DNA of 63,693 nucleotides, filler included, from Chiloscyllium plagiosum (taxonomy: Eukaryota): NCBI RefSeq assembly GCF_004010195.1. It is 4 parts of one record of this genome, joined end to end, with 100 filler letters (N's around TTAATTAATTAA, not from the genome) between each part and the next. Parts side by side here need not be neighbours in the genome. Positions count along the whole stretch, not along the records: positions 28,749 to 57,295 come from NC_057714.1; positions 57,396 to 63,693 come from NC_057714.1; 2 more parts are not named here. One strand, 5' to 3'. Of the stretch, positions 50,406 to 63,010 are shown in pieces. Position 1 is the first letter of the stretch. Every line of letters starts with the position of its first letter. The notes beneath the pieces were generated by a model, which did not search any database, was not told the origin of the DNA, and worked only from the letters and a program-made list of their open reading frames with translations. A program made the translations under genes and the position numbers.

Positions 50406-51221
50406 TTGATCTTTAACAAGTTGCTGTGTTGAAGTGACAGAAAACTGAAGNNNNNNNNNNNNNNNNNNNNNNNNNNNNNNNNNNNNNNNNNNNNNNNNNN
50501 NNNNNNNNNNNNNNNNNNNNNNNNNNNNNNNNNNNNNNNNNNNNNNNNNNNNNNNNNNNNNNNNNNNNNNNNNNNNNNNNNNNNNNNNNNNNNNNNNNNN
50601 NNNNNNNNNNNNNNNNNNNNNNNNNNNNNNNNNNNNNNNNNNNNNNNNNNNNNNNNNNNNNNNNNNNNNNNNNNNNNNNNNNNNNNNNNNNNNNNNNNNN
50701 NNNNNNNNNNNNNNNNNNNNNNNNNNNNNNNNNNNNNNNNNNNNNNNNNNNNNNNNNNNNNNNNNNNNNNNNNNNNNNNNNNNNNNNNNNNNNNNNNNNN
50801 NNNNNNNNNNNNNNNNNNNNNNNNNNNNNNNNNNNNNNNNNNNNNNNNNNNNNNNNNNNNNNNNNNNNNNNNNNNNNNNNNNNNNNNNNNNNNNNNNNNN
50901 NNNNNNNNNNNNNNNNNNNNNNNNNNNNNNNNNNNNNNNNNNNNNNNNNNAATGGGCTGAGGAGTGGCACATGGAGTTTAATTTGGATAAGTGCCAATCA
51001 AATCAGGGCAGGACTTATACAGTTAACGGCAGGGTCCTGGGTAGTGTTGTTGAACAGAGAGATCCAGGGGATCAGGTACATAACTCTGAAATGTGCAGCA
51101 CAGGTAGGCACGATGGTTAAAAAGGTGTTTAGCAAGCTTGCCTTCATTGCTCAGACCATGGAGTACAGGAGTTGGGATGTCATGTTGAGGTTGTACAGGA
51201 CATTGGTGAGGTCTCTTAAGA

Positions 51222-53600
51222 GTCATAGAGTCACAGAGATGTACAGCATGGAAACAGACCCTTCGGTCCAACCCGTCCATGCCGACCAGATATCCCAACC
51301 CAATCTACTCCCACTTGCCAGCACCTGGCCCATATCCCTCCAAACCCTTCCTATTCATATACCCATCCAGATGCCTCTTAAATGTTGCAATTGTACCAGC
51401 CTCCACCACATCCTCTGGCAGCTGATTCCATACACGTACCACCCTCTGTGTGAAAATGTTGCCCCTTAGGTCTCTTTTATATCTTTCCCCTCTCACCCTA
51501 AACCTATGCCCTAAACCGACCCCAGGGAAAAGACTTTGTCTATTTACCCTATCCATGCCCCTCATAATTTTGTAAACCTCTATAAGGTCACCCCTNNNNN
51601 NNNNNNNNNNNNNNNNNNNNNNNNNNNNNNNNNNNNNNNNNNNNNNNNNNNNNNNNNNNNNNNNNNNNNNNNNNNNNNNNNNNNNNNNNNNNNNNNNNNN
51701 NNNNNNNNNNNNNNNNNNNNNNNNNNNNNNNNNNNNNNNNNNNNNNNNNNNNNNNNNNNNNNNNNNNNNNNNNNNNNNNNNNNNNNNNNNNNNNNNNNNN
51801 NNNNNNNNNNNNNNNNNNNNNNNAGCCCATTGACCCATCTGGTCCAGATCCTGTTGTAATCTGAGGTAACCCTCTTCACTGTTCATTAAACCTCCAATTT
51901 TGGTGTCATCTGCAAACTTACTAACTGTACCTCTTATGCTCGCATCCAAATCATTTATGTAAATGACAAAAAGTAGAGTTCCCAGCACCGATCCTTGTGG
52001 CACTCCACTGGTCACAGGCCTCCAGTCTGAAAAACAACCCTCCACCACCACCCTCTGTCTTCTACCTTTGAGCCAGTTCTGTATCCAAGTGGCTAGTTCT
52101 CCCTGTATTCCATGAGATCTAACCTTGCTAACCAGTCTCCCATGGGGAACCTTGTCGAATGCCTTACTGAAGTCAATATAGGTCACATCTACCGCTCTGC
52201 CCTCATCAATCTTCTTTGTTACTTCTTCAAAAAACTCAGTCAAGTTTGTGAGACATGATTTCCCACGCACAAAGCCATGCTGACTATCTCGGATCAGTCC
52301 TTGCCTTTCCAAATACATGGGTCGAGAGCGTAATGCTGGAAAAGCAGCAGGTCAGGCAGCATCTGAGGAGCAGGAGAGTCGATATTTCGGCCATAAGCCC
52401 TTCATCAGGAATGAGGCTTGTGGGCCGGGAGCTGAGAGATAAATGGGAGGGGGGGTGGGGTTGGGGGTGAAGGTATCTGATAATGTGAAAGGGATAGGTG
52501 GGAAAGGTGATGGACAGGTCCGGAGGGCGGTGCCGAGTTGGAGGCTTAGGGCTGGGATAAGGTGGGGGGAGGGGGAATGAGGAAACTGGTGAAATCCACA
52601 TTGATGCTGTGTGGTTGGAGGGTACCGAGGTGGAATATAAGGTGTTTCCCCTCCAGGAGTCGGGCGGTGAGGGAGTGGCGATGGAGGAGGCCCAGGACCT
52701 GCATGTTCTTGGCAGAGTGGGAGGGGCAGTTGAAATATTCAGCCATGGGATGGTGGGGTTGGTGGGTCCCAGAGATGTTTTCTGAAACGATCCACAAGAA
52801 AGTGTCCTGTCTCCCCGATGTAGAGGAGACCACACCGGGTTCAACAGATGCAGAGATGACATTGATAGAGGTACAGGTAAATTTCTGTCGGATGTGGAAG
52901 TTTCCCTTGGGGTCATGGACGGAAGTGAGGGGAGTGCTGTGTCCTAGGTTTTGCACTTCCTGCTGTGGCAGGGGAAGGTGCCAGGAGTGGGATGTGGGCT
53001 GGTGTGGGGCCGCGGACCTGATGAGGGAATTGCAGAGGGAATGGTCTCTCCGGAACGCTGATAGAGGTGGGAAGAGAACTACGTGTACATCCTGTCCCTC
53101 AGAATTCCCTCCAACAACTTGCCCACCACCGAGGTCAGGCTCACCGGTCTGTAGTTCCCTGGCTTGTCTTTACCACCTTCTTAAACAGTGGCACCACGTT
53201 AGCCAACCTCCAGTCTTCCGGCACCTCACCTGTGATTATCGATGATACAAATATCTCAGCAAGAGGCCCAGCAATCACTTCTCTAGCTTCCCACAGAGTT
53301 CTCAGGTACACCTGATCAGGTCCTGGGATTTATCCACCTTTAACCGTTTCAAGACATCCAGCACTTCCTCCTCTGTAATCTGGACATTTTGTAAGATGTC
53401 ACCATCTATTTCCCTACAGTCTATATCTTCCATATCCTTTTCCACAGTAAATACTGATGCAAAATACTCGTTTAGTATCTCCCCCATCTCCTGCGGCTCC
53501 ACACAAAGGACATCTTGCTGATCTTTGAGGGGCCCTATTCTCTCCCTAGTTACCCTTTTGTCCTTAACGTATTTGTAATAACCCTTTGGATTCTCTCTGG
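51222..53600 (-). mobile_element. CR1 (HER1-like) ORF2 3' half interrupted by a Penelope insertion
   Basis: ORF 51305..52318 (QHGFVRGKSCLTNL...DFSKAFDKVPH...GVPQGSVLG...FADDT) and ORF 53302..53502. Confidence 0.93.
52320..53078 (-). mobile_element. Penelope-like 3' fragment (GIY-YIG and family-A terminal repeat) with a hammerhead variant at 52381-52408
   Basis: FHIRQKFTCTSINVI...HLIFHLGTLQPHSINVDF; motif CTGATGAAGGGCTTATGGCCGAAATATC; flanks tacatg / tacgtg. Confidence 0.88.
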
Positions 53601-54198
53601 AGTGCTGTGTACAGTTCCGGTCGCCCTGCTATAGAAAGGATACTATTAAATTGGAGTGGGTTCAGAAACGATTTCCCAGGATGTTGCTGGGATTGGACGG
53701 TTTGAGTTTAAAGGAGAGGCTGGACAGGCCGGGACTTGTTTTACTGGGGTATTGGAGATTGAGAGTGGCCTTACAGAGGTCTATAAAATCATGAGGAGTA
53801 TAGATAAGGTGAATAGCCAAGGTGTTTTCCCCAGGGTGGGGAGTTTTGAAACTAGGGAGCATCTTAAAAAGTGAGAGGAGAAAGAGTTAAAAGGCACCTG
53901 AGGGGCGACATTTTCACACAGAGGGTGGTCTATGTGTGGAATGAACTGCCAGAGGAAGTGAGTGGTGTTACAATGTTTAAAAGACATTTGGGCAGGTCCA
54001 CGAATAGGAAAGGTTTCGAGGGATATGGTCTAAACACAGGCGAGTGGGCCCATTGAGAAATCTGGTCAGCATGGTTGAGTTAGACCAAAGGATCAGTTTC
54101 TGTGGTCTATGACTCTATGAGGTCTCTGTGAGAACCATGTCTGAAACTGCACAGATCCTTATGTAACTCTGTTGCTGGGATTCCCAGTGAGGGATTAC

Positions 54199-54258
54199 CT
54201 TGCAAGCTGCCCCATAATGTTCTGCTGATTCCACTAACTCCTTCAGCAGCTCCAGTTC
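54199..54258 (-). CDS. Candidate plakin-domain exon (ELELLKELVESAEHYGAACK), phase 0 to 0
   Basis: tgtcttgttacag| ... AAG|gtaatc; resembles the end of the last plakin spectrin repeat (plectin VEECQRFAKQYINAIK). Confidence 0.6.
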
Positions 54259-54445
54259 CTGTAACAAGACACATTGAATTAACGTGGTTAAGGTGGTTAA
54301 TGTGGTTAAAACCATCTGGAATGTGGCAGCCAGCAGGTGTGATCAAAACAGCTGATGCAGTGTGGGGCTAAATACAGGGTTACTCGTCCCCATGGTATCA
54401 ACTCCCGGGCACCTGATCCCAGAGCCCTTCAGACCCACCACCTAC

Positions 54446-54566
54446 CTTTTCACCAGGAGTGTTGCTCTGTCCCATGTTACCATCACGCTGAAAATGTGTG
54501 AGCAGCTGCTGGTGACACTGCTGGTACCTGCTCAGCTTCTGAAAGATGTCCTCCAGTATAATTACC
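54446..54566 (-). CDS. Candidate plakin-domain exon (VIILEDIFQKLSRYQQCHQQLLTHFQRDGNMGQSNTPGEK), phase 2 to 0
   Basis: tatctcccag| ... AAG|gtaggt; heptad helical pattern; in frame with 54199-54258. Confidence 0.6.
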
Positions 54567-54699
54567 CTGGGAGATACATAGACTACAGTTAGTCTGACAT
54601 CTGTGGTGGGGAACGGTTAGAGTTAAATGATCACCTCAAAACATTTCAGTTAATTAGGGAGAGTCAGCACAGTGGGCAGTGCACACTTGTGGTCAGACA

Positions 54700-56955
54700 G
54701 TCATAGAGATGTACAGCATGGAAACAGACCCTTCGGTCCAACCTGTCCATGCCGACCAGATAGCCCAACCCAATCTAGTCCCACCTGCCAGCACCCGGCC
54801 CATATCCCTCCAAACCCTTCCTATTCATATACCCATCCAGATGCCTCTTAAATGTTGCAATTGTACTAGCCTCCACCACATCCTCTGGCAGCTCATTCCA
54901 TACACATACCCACCCTCCGTGTGAAAAAGTTGCCCCTTAGGTCTCTTTTATATCTTTCCCTTCTCACCCTAAACCTCTAGTTCTCATCTCCCTGACCCCA
55001 GGGAAAAGACTTTGTCTATTTACCCTATCCATGCCCCTCATGATTTTGTAAACCTCTATAAGGTCACCCCTCAGCCTCCGACGCTCCAGGGAAAACAGCC
55101 CCAGCCTGTTCAGCCTCTCCCTGTAGCTCAAATCCTCCAACCCTGGTAACATCCTTGTAAATCTTTTCTGAACCCTTTCAAGTTTCACAACATCTTTCCG
55201 ATAGAAGGAGACCAGAATTGCACGCAATATTCCAACAGTGGCCTAACCAATGTCCTGTACAGCCACAACATGACCTCCCAACTCCTGTACTCAATACTCT
55301 GACCAATAAAGGAAAGCATACCAAACGCCTTCTTCACTATCCTATCTACCTGCGAGTCCACTTTCAAGGAGCTATGAACCTGCACTCCAAGGTCTCTTTG
55401 TTCAGCAACACTCCCTAGGACCTTACCATTAAGTGTATAAATCCTGCTAAGATTTGCTTTCCCAAAATGCAGCACCTCACATTTATCTGAATTAAACTCC
55501 ATCTGCCACTTCTCAGCCCATTGGCCCATCTGGTCCAGATCCTGTTGTAATCTGAGGTAACCCTCTTCGCTGTCCACTACACCTCCAATTTTGGTGTCAT
55601 CTGCAAACTTACTAACTGTACCTCTTATGCTCGCATCCAAATCATTTACGTAAATGACAAAAAGTAGAGGACCCAGCACTGATCCTTGTGGCGCTCCACT
55701 GGTCACAGACCTCCAGTCTGAAAAACAACCCTCCACCACCACCCTGTGTGTCTTCTCCCTGACAAACCTTTGAGTTTTTTGAAGAGGTGACAAAGGTGAT
55801 GAACTCAGACTGGCAGGATGTGACTAGTGGTGTCGCGCAGGGATCAGTGTTGGGGCCACAGTTATTCATAACATTTATTAACGACTAGGAAAATGGCCGA
55901 AGAAGTTAAATATACAGATTTGCTCTTGACAGAAAATGGGGCAGCAGTGTTGACGCCAACACAAACTTACAGCAGGATATTGGGTCAATGGGCTAAGCTG
56001 TGGCTGATAGAGCTTCATACAAGTAAGTGTGAGGGTGTCCATTTCAGACCGAGAGGGAATTGATCAGGGTAGCTTTTAGAAGGGACAAAGTTAAATACTG
56101 TGGATGTCCAACGAAATTTGGATGGTCAATGCATAGCTGTTTAAAATGACATGAACAGGTACAGAAAATACTCCGGAAGCTAATGGAATACTCAAATTGA
56201 CCGCAGCTGGAGTATTGGGATGCAGACATTATGCTGCAGTTATACAAAACACGAGTTCGACCCCAGTCAGAGCACTGCGAGCAGATCAGACCTTGGATCA
56301 ACACACATTTACAAGGACAATATTTAGGGAGATGAGGTGAGTTTAGACAAAATAGGCTTTTATTCTCCAGGATTGAGAGGGTTACAGGGTGATCTAAATC
56401 GAGATCATCAGCACTGTTGGAATATTGTGTTCATTTTGGTCTCCTTCCTATCAGAAAGATGTTGTGAAACTTGAAAGGGTTCAGAAAAGATTTACAAGGA
56501 TGTTGCCAGGGTTGGAGGATTTGAGATATGGGGAGAGGTTGGGGCTGTTTTCCCTGGAACTTCGGAGGCTGAGGGGTGACCTTATAGAGGTTTATAAACT
56601 CATGAGGGGCATGGATAGGGTAAATAGACAAGGTCTTTTCCCTGGGGTGGGGGAGTCCAGAACTGGAGGGCAGAGGCTTAGGGTGAGAGGGGAAAGATAT
56701 AAAAGGGAACTAAGGGGAAATATTTCACACAGAGGGTGGTAGGTGTATGGAATGAGCTGCCAGAGGATGTGGTGGAGACTGGTACAATTGCAACATTTAA
56801 GAGGCATTTGGATGGGTATATGAATAGGAAGGGTTTGGAGGGATATGGGCCGAGTGCTGGCAGGTGGGACTAGATTGGGTTGGGATATCTGGTCAGCGTG
56901 GACAGATTCGACTGAAGGGTCTGTTTCCGTGCTGTATATCTCTATGACTCTATAC
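54700..56955. mobile_element. CR1 copies: young (-, 54700-55745), old (+, 55760-56400), young 3' end (+, 56410-56955)
   Basis: ORFs 55185..55793, 54964..55227 and 56425..56742; ctatgact tails. Confidence 0.9.
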
Positions 56956-57597
56956 TAACAGGGAAAGACAAGGTAGATAAAGATAAAGTATTTCTATTGG
57001 TTGGAGACTTTAGAACGGTCTAAGGGGCACTGTCTAAGAATCAGGCCAGGCAAAGCTGGAGAAATGTTAGAAAGCACTTCCTCAAATAGCAGTCCATGCA
57101 AATCCACTTGTTTCATTTAAATCTGAGAGAGACAAATTTTTATGAAGCAAGGGGTGTGGACACATGGCAGGGAAATGGAGATCATCCATGGTCCAACAGA
57201 AAGGGGCAGAACGGCCTCATCCTGTACCTATCTCCCTATGATTCATCTCAGCAAGAGATCCCAACTCTCAGCCTGCGTCCCCCACCCCCACCCCCNNNNN
57301 NNNNNNNNNNNNNNNNNNNNNNNNNNNNNNNNNNNNNNNTTAATTAATTAANNNNNNNNNNNNNNNNNNNNNNNNNNNNNNNNNNNNNNNNNNNNCACCT
57401 TGTCTCAGTCAAATCCCTCGAACTCAGCACCGCCTTCCTAACCTGCAATCTTCTTCCTGACCTCTCCGCCCCCACCCCCACTCCGGCTTATCACTCTCAC
57501 CTTGACCTCATTCCACCTATCGCATTTCCAACGCCACTCCCCCAAGTCCCTCCTCCCTACCTTTTATCCTAACCTGCTGGACACACTTTCCTCATTC

Positions 57598-57625
57598 CTG
57601 AAGAAGGGCTTATGCCTGAAACGTC
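57598..57625 (+). ncRNA. Minimal hammerhead ribozyme motif (family A) in a PLE terminal repeat at 57396-57688
   Basis: CTGAAGA-A-GGGC-TTAT-GCCT-GAAACGTC-GA. Confidence 0.75.
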
Positions 57626-58553
57626 GATTCTCCTGTTCCTTGGATGCTGCCTGACCTGCTGCGCTTTTCCAGCAACACATTTTCAGCGTTGGCAAATGTT
57701 ATTCCCTTGTTCAAGAAAGGGAGTAGGCATAACCCTGAGAATTTCAGACCAGTCAGTCTTAGGTCAGTGGTGGGCAAAGTATTGGAGAGGATTCTTAGAG
57801 ACAGGACTTGATTACGTGGAAAAACATAGTTTGATTAGAGTTAGTGAGCATGACTTTGTGAGGGCAGGTCATGAGGGGCAGGCCCTCAAACCTTTCCCAT
57901 CCTACTCCGCCCCTCTTTGGACAGTATTATTTCATCTCTCCCCCAAACCTTATTGAGTTCTTTGAGGATGTGCCAAAACACATTAAAGGTAGAGAGTGGA
58001 TGCAGTGTACATGGATTTCTGCATTTGCAGAATTGTAATTGCAGCTAGGCAGAGCACAGAAAATCAAGCCTGTCAATACCATGCCAGAAACACCCAGAAT
58101 GCCTCAGCATTGGCCAAACAGTCTGACAGGAGAATCCAGACATGACCATCGTCACTCGCAGATCAGGGAATACACTTTCCAAGACAACCTGACAATAAGC
58201 TTCCTGGACCTGATGAACACAGCTGTCCCACAGCCCTAAGGGCAGTCTCGTACCTTAGTGATACCAAAGCCACACAAAGGACAGGTCAGATGGAGAGGCA
58301 CCAGAATACCTTGCTCACAGGAGAGAAACAATGGAAACATCTCACTGTTTCAAAGGAGACATCCTCACCTACCTGGAAAAAGAGCTGGAATCTCCTGATC
58401 CCATTAAGAACTGATTGATGTTGTCAGGATGTTACATTATATCGACAATCAGGAAATTCTTTTGATAACTGTTTTTCAATTATCATCATTGTAACTGAAT
58501 AACAAGATTCCTTTAAAACCTGGCTTGATCGAGGAAGTGTACTCTTGATCTAC

Positions 58554-58664
58554 CTGTACAGACTGTCAGTTCTGTGTCAGCTTGGTGAATTTCTCTTCCA
58601 GTAATATCACTTGTAATAAACAGCTTGTCAATTTCATCCGATCTTCTTTATTGGGCTCATTTCT
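58554..58664 (-). pseudogene. Possible disabled plakin exon (RNEPNKEDRMKLTSCLLQVILLEEKFTKLTQN*QSVQ)
   Basis: ctacttttgtcag| ... CAG|gtagat; helical pattern like the plakin exon expected upstream of 54566, but has an in-frame TGA and is 1 nt off the required phase. Confidence 0.3.
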
Positions 58665-59169
58665 CTGACAAAAGTAGTTCTGGAACTACATATTAACGAA
58701 CCAAACCTGCAACCCATTCTAAAAGATGAAAGACTTAACAGCAATCTGGGTTTGTCCAACATATTGCATCAGTTACATGACACTATGATCGTTTGCTACA
58801 AAATCTGTGTCCTATGATCCTGCTCCTACTAGCTACCTGACAAAGGAGAAGCGCTCCAAAAATCCTCTACTTCCAAATAAAGCTGTTGGACTAAAACCTG
58901 TGTGATCTTTAACTTTATCCATCCCAGTAGTATCTCCTCATCAAGACTCTGGAGAGTTAGGTGGTGTGTTACTTGCAGTATTCCTCGCCTCTGATCTGCT
59001 CTCATAGCCACTGTATTGATACGGCAAGTTCAGTTCAGTCTCTGTTTAGTGGTAATGTCATTTGTGATTTCTGAGGAAGAGTTCCTCGATCTGAAATATT
59101 AACTCTGATTTTGATTCACAGGTGGTGAAAGACCTGCTGAGCTTTACAAGTGATTACTGTTTTTGTTGT

Positions 59170-61500
59170 AACATCCTGGTAAATTTCTTTTCCACCCTCT
59201 CAAAGACCTCTACATCCATCCGATAGTGTGGGGACTAGAACTGCACACAATACTCGGCAAGTGTGGCCTAATCAAAGTTTTACACAGTTGCAACATTGCT
59301 TGCTAAATTTTCGACTTAATTCCCTGACCAATGAAGGCAAGCATGTTGTACACCTTCTTTAATACAGCATCCATTGTGCACCCAAGATCCCGCGATCTAT
59401 CAGTGCTCCGAAGCATCCTGCCATTTACTGCATCCTTTTGCACTTGACCTTCCAAAATGCATTCACTCACTGATCTGGATGAGACTCCATCTGCCATTTC
59501 TCCACCCATCTTTCCAACTGATTTATATTCTGCTGCAACCTTTGATGATCATCCTCACTTCCCACAGATTCAAAAGCTTTCATGTTATCACTGACATTTT
59601 TATCCAAATCATTTATAGCTGGTTCTGATACAAGGCGACTGTTCAGTTCTCATGCAATCTTGCGATATAAGAAAATCGCACAATAGCCACCCTCTTTAAA
59701 CTAACAGGGCCAGAATCGTGTTATAACCCACACAGGAAAGGAAAATTCATGTTCTGCAAAAAACAGTCTAAACTCTTCCATTGCATAGAGGCTAATTCAC
59801 ATTGAAGAAACGTGTGTACGAACAGAATTAACTGCAAACATATTACAAACAAGAGGGGTCCCAGCACTCATCCTTGGAGAACACCACAGGTCACAGATCT
59901 CCAGTCAGAAACATATCCCTCCACAACTACCCTCTGTTTCCTGTGTCGAAGCCAATTTTGTTTACAACTGACTTCTCACTGTGGATCTGATGTGGCTTCT
60001 ATGATGGACCTTGTCAAAAGCTTTCGGAAAGGCCATTTGGACAACACCCTTCTCTCATCAATCATCTTTGTCACTTCCTCAAAAACCCTCAGTCAAATTT
60101 GTGAGACAAGACCTCCCCCTGCACAAAGCCAAGCTGACTATCCTGAATAAGTCCATTCTTCTATCGCAAAAAATCTTCCCCAAAACTTTCCCTGCTGTGG
60201 AATAAGACTCACTCGTCTATAAATTCCTGGATTACCCTATTTCCCTTCTTAAACAAAGGAACAACATTGGCTATTCTCTAGTCTCCTGTGGATAAAGAGG
60301 ATGCAAAGATCTCTCTCAAGGACCCAGCAAACTCTTCCCTTTCCTCCCTCCATATCAGTGTATAAAATGATTTGGGAGTCTCCTCATAACTTCATGCCAT
60401 TTCATGGTCCAGTTTTGCCTCCTTTGTTTCTTATACCTTTATCTTCTTCAAGTGCCTTGGGCATGTGTTTCTGAAACCTTCCAAATGCTTCCTTTTCTTT
60501 TCCCAGCCACATGTCAGATGTGCACTTCCCCTTGAACAGATACCCCAATCTAATTTCTGCAATCTGGGCCTGATGGTGTTGTGATTGTCCTTCCTGTAAT
60601 TTCATACTTTCACCTGAGGATCAGTCTTATCCTGATCTCAAGCTAAAAACAATGACCGCAGATGCTGGAAACCAGAGTCTAGATTAGAGTGGTGCTGGAA
60701 AAGCACAGCAGGTCAGGCAGCATCTGAGGAGCAGGAAAATCGACATTTCGGGCAAAAGCCCTTTATCAGGAATATTCCTGATGAAGGGTTTTTGCCCGAA
60801 TTGTCGATTTTCCTGCTCCTCAAATGCTACCTGACCTGCTGTGCTTATCCTGATCTCTAGCTCCTAAACCACTTGCGGTATTATGATCACTCTGGCCAAC
60901 CTTCTGCCTGCCCCCCCCCCCGCCCCCCGAGACCCTACTCACCGTGCCAGACTGGTTCTCCAATACAAGATCTAGTGGGCCCAAGAGAGACCAAGACAAC
61001 TGCAGATCCTCGAAATTCAGAAACAAAACCACAAGTTGCCAGAAAGGTCTGGCAGCATTGTTCAAGCACCATTCGACCTGAAATATTAACTCTGATTTCT
61101 CTCCATCGATGCTGCCAGACCTGCTGAGCTTTTCCAGCAATTTCTGGTTTTGTGTCCAGTTCAACTTCCCCAGTTGGACTATCTCCATATTGTTTCAAGA
61201 AACCCTCCTGGATTCATTGAAACAACTCTGCCCTATCGAAGCACCTGGCTCAAAGGGAGTCCCAGTCAATATTGGGGAGGTTAACACCACTCCCTACCAC
61301 AACCTGACTGGTTTAACATCTTCCCATGATGTGTTTATATATCTGTTGCTCTCTCTCCCATTTGTTATTGGGAAGCCTATACTATCACCCCATCACAGTG
61401 ACTGTACCTTTGTTATCCCTGATTCGCCCCGTTTGGCCTTGCTGGGAGAACCCAAAGACAAGCTGCTCTGCCAGGATATTGCTGTCCCTGCTATTGAGGT
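59170..61500 (-). mobile_element. Old fragmented CR1 ORF2 with nested insertions
   Basis: Degenerate RT and endonuclease motifs (ORFs 59303..59509, 60402..60605). Confidence 0.7.
60645..60846. mobile_element. Family-A fold-back insertion, palindrome centred at 60773/60774
   Basis: Arms span 60701-60846; target-site duplication cttatcctgatctcaagct (60626-60644) / cttatcctgatctctagct (60844-60862). Confidence 0.88.
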
Positions 61501-63010
61501 GCAACCTCTCCTTCTTGTACATTACATATGAAAGCTCAGTTCCTGGAACTCCATCAGCTGCCTTCCTTAGCAGCTAGCTTTTTTATTCACTTGTGGGACA
61601 TGGGGATTGCTGGCTGAGCCAGTATTTATTGCCTGTCCCTAGTTGCCCCTTGAGAAGGTGGAGGTGAGCTACCTTCTTAAACTGCTGCAGTTAATGTGCT
61701 GTAGGCAGACCCACAATGCCCTAAGGGAAGGAGCTCCAGGATTTTGACTCAGTGACAATGAAGGAATGGCACTATATTTCCAAGTCAGGATGGTGAGGGG
61801 CTTAGAGAGGAATTTACAGGTGATGATGTTCCCATGTACCTGCTGCCTTTGTGCTTCTCGATGGAAGGGGGTTTGGAAAGTGCTGTCTGAGGATCTTTGG
61901 TGAATTCCTGCAGTGCACCTTGTAGATAGCACACACTGTGGCTACTGAGACTCCATGGTGGAGGGACTGGTGTTTCTGGATGTAGAGTTGCTTTCTCATG
62001 GGTGATGTCAACCTCCTTGAGTGTTGATGGGCCTGCACCCATCCAGGCTAATCGGGAGTATTCCATCACCCTCCTGACTTGGGTCGTGTCGATGGTGGAC
62101 AAGCTTCGATGAGTCAGGAGGTGGGTCCCTCTTCACAGGATTCCCAGCCTCTGACTCCCTCTCAAAGCCACTGCGAGTCCAGTTGAGCTCTGGTCAATGT
62201 TAATCAGAAGGATGTTGACAGTGGGGAATTAGTGATGGTCATACCATTGACTGTCATGGGGTGATGGTTCGATTGTCTCTCACCAATGGTCACAGTGTAC
62301 ATTAGAACAAAGACCTACAGCCAGAGTAGGCCATCTGGCCCTTGAAGCCTGCTCCATCATGGCTGCTCATTTCATGGCCTCAGCTCCACTTACCCGCCCA
62401 CTCACCATAACCCTTCATTCCTTTATTGTTCAAAACATTATCCATCTCTTATTTCAGGGAAGGAATCAGGATGAAGGGTTTATGCCCGAAACGTCAATTC
62501 TCCTGCTCCTTGGATGCTGCCTTACCTGCTGTGCTTTTCCAGCACCACCATCTTTGAGTCTGACCTCGAGCATCTGCAGTGCTCACTTCCTCCTGATTAA
62601 CAAGATGAGCTCACATGGAATGCAGGGAGAAACATCCATTTGGATATAGAAGGCAGAGGATGGTGCTGGTGGGTTGCTTTTCTGACTGGAGGCCTGTGAC
62701 CAGTGGAGTGCCACAAGGATCTGTGCTGTGTCTGAGAAAGTCTATCGCCTTAAAACTTGTCTTTAAACATTTAGACTAACATGTAATGCTGAATTATAGA
62801 ACACATTTACTGCACTAGAAAATAGACAGGCAGGAAGGCTCAGAAAAAGGGGGGGACTCAAGGAATGTAGAAGATAGGGACATCTGGGCTCACCAAGTGA
62901 TAACAGGATGCTGTTAGGCAGTTAAGAACATTTGCCTCAGCATCGGTGAATCTGTGTGAACAGGACACCAGGACATTCACAGCTGTTCCCTTGTGAAATT
63001 AATGACAGTG

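Noticed and set aside
50355..50997. Long ORFs of about 200 aa
   Set aside because: They run through N gaps.
59615..59835. Possible MITE inserted in the old CR1
   Set aside because: Terminal inverted repeats are too degenerate to define by eye.
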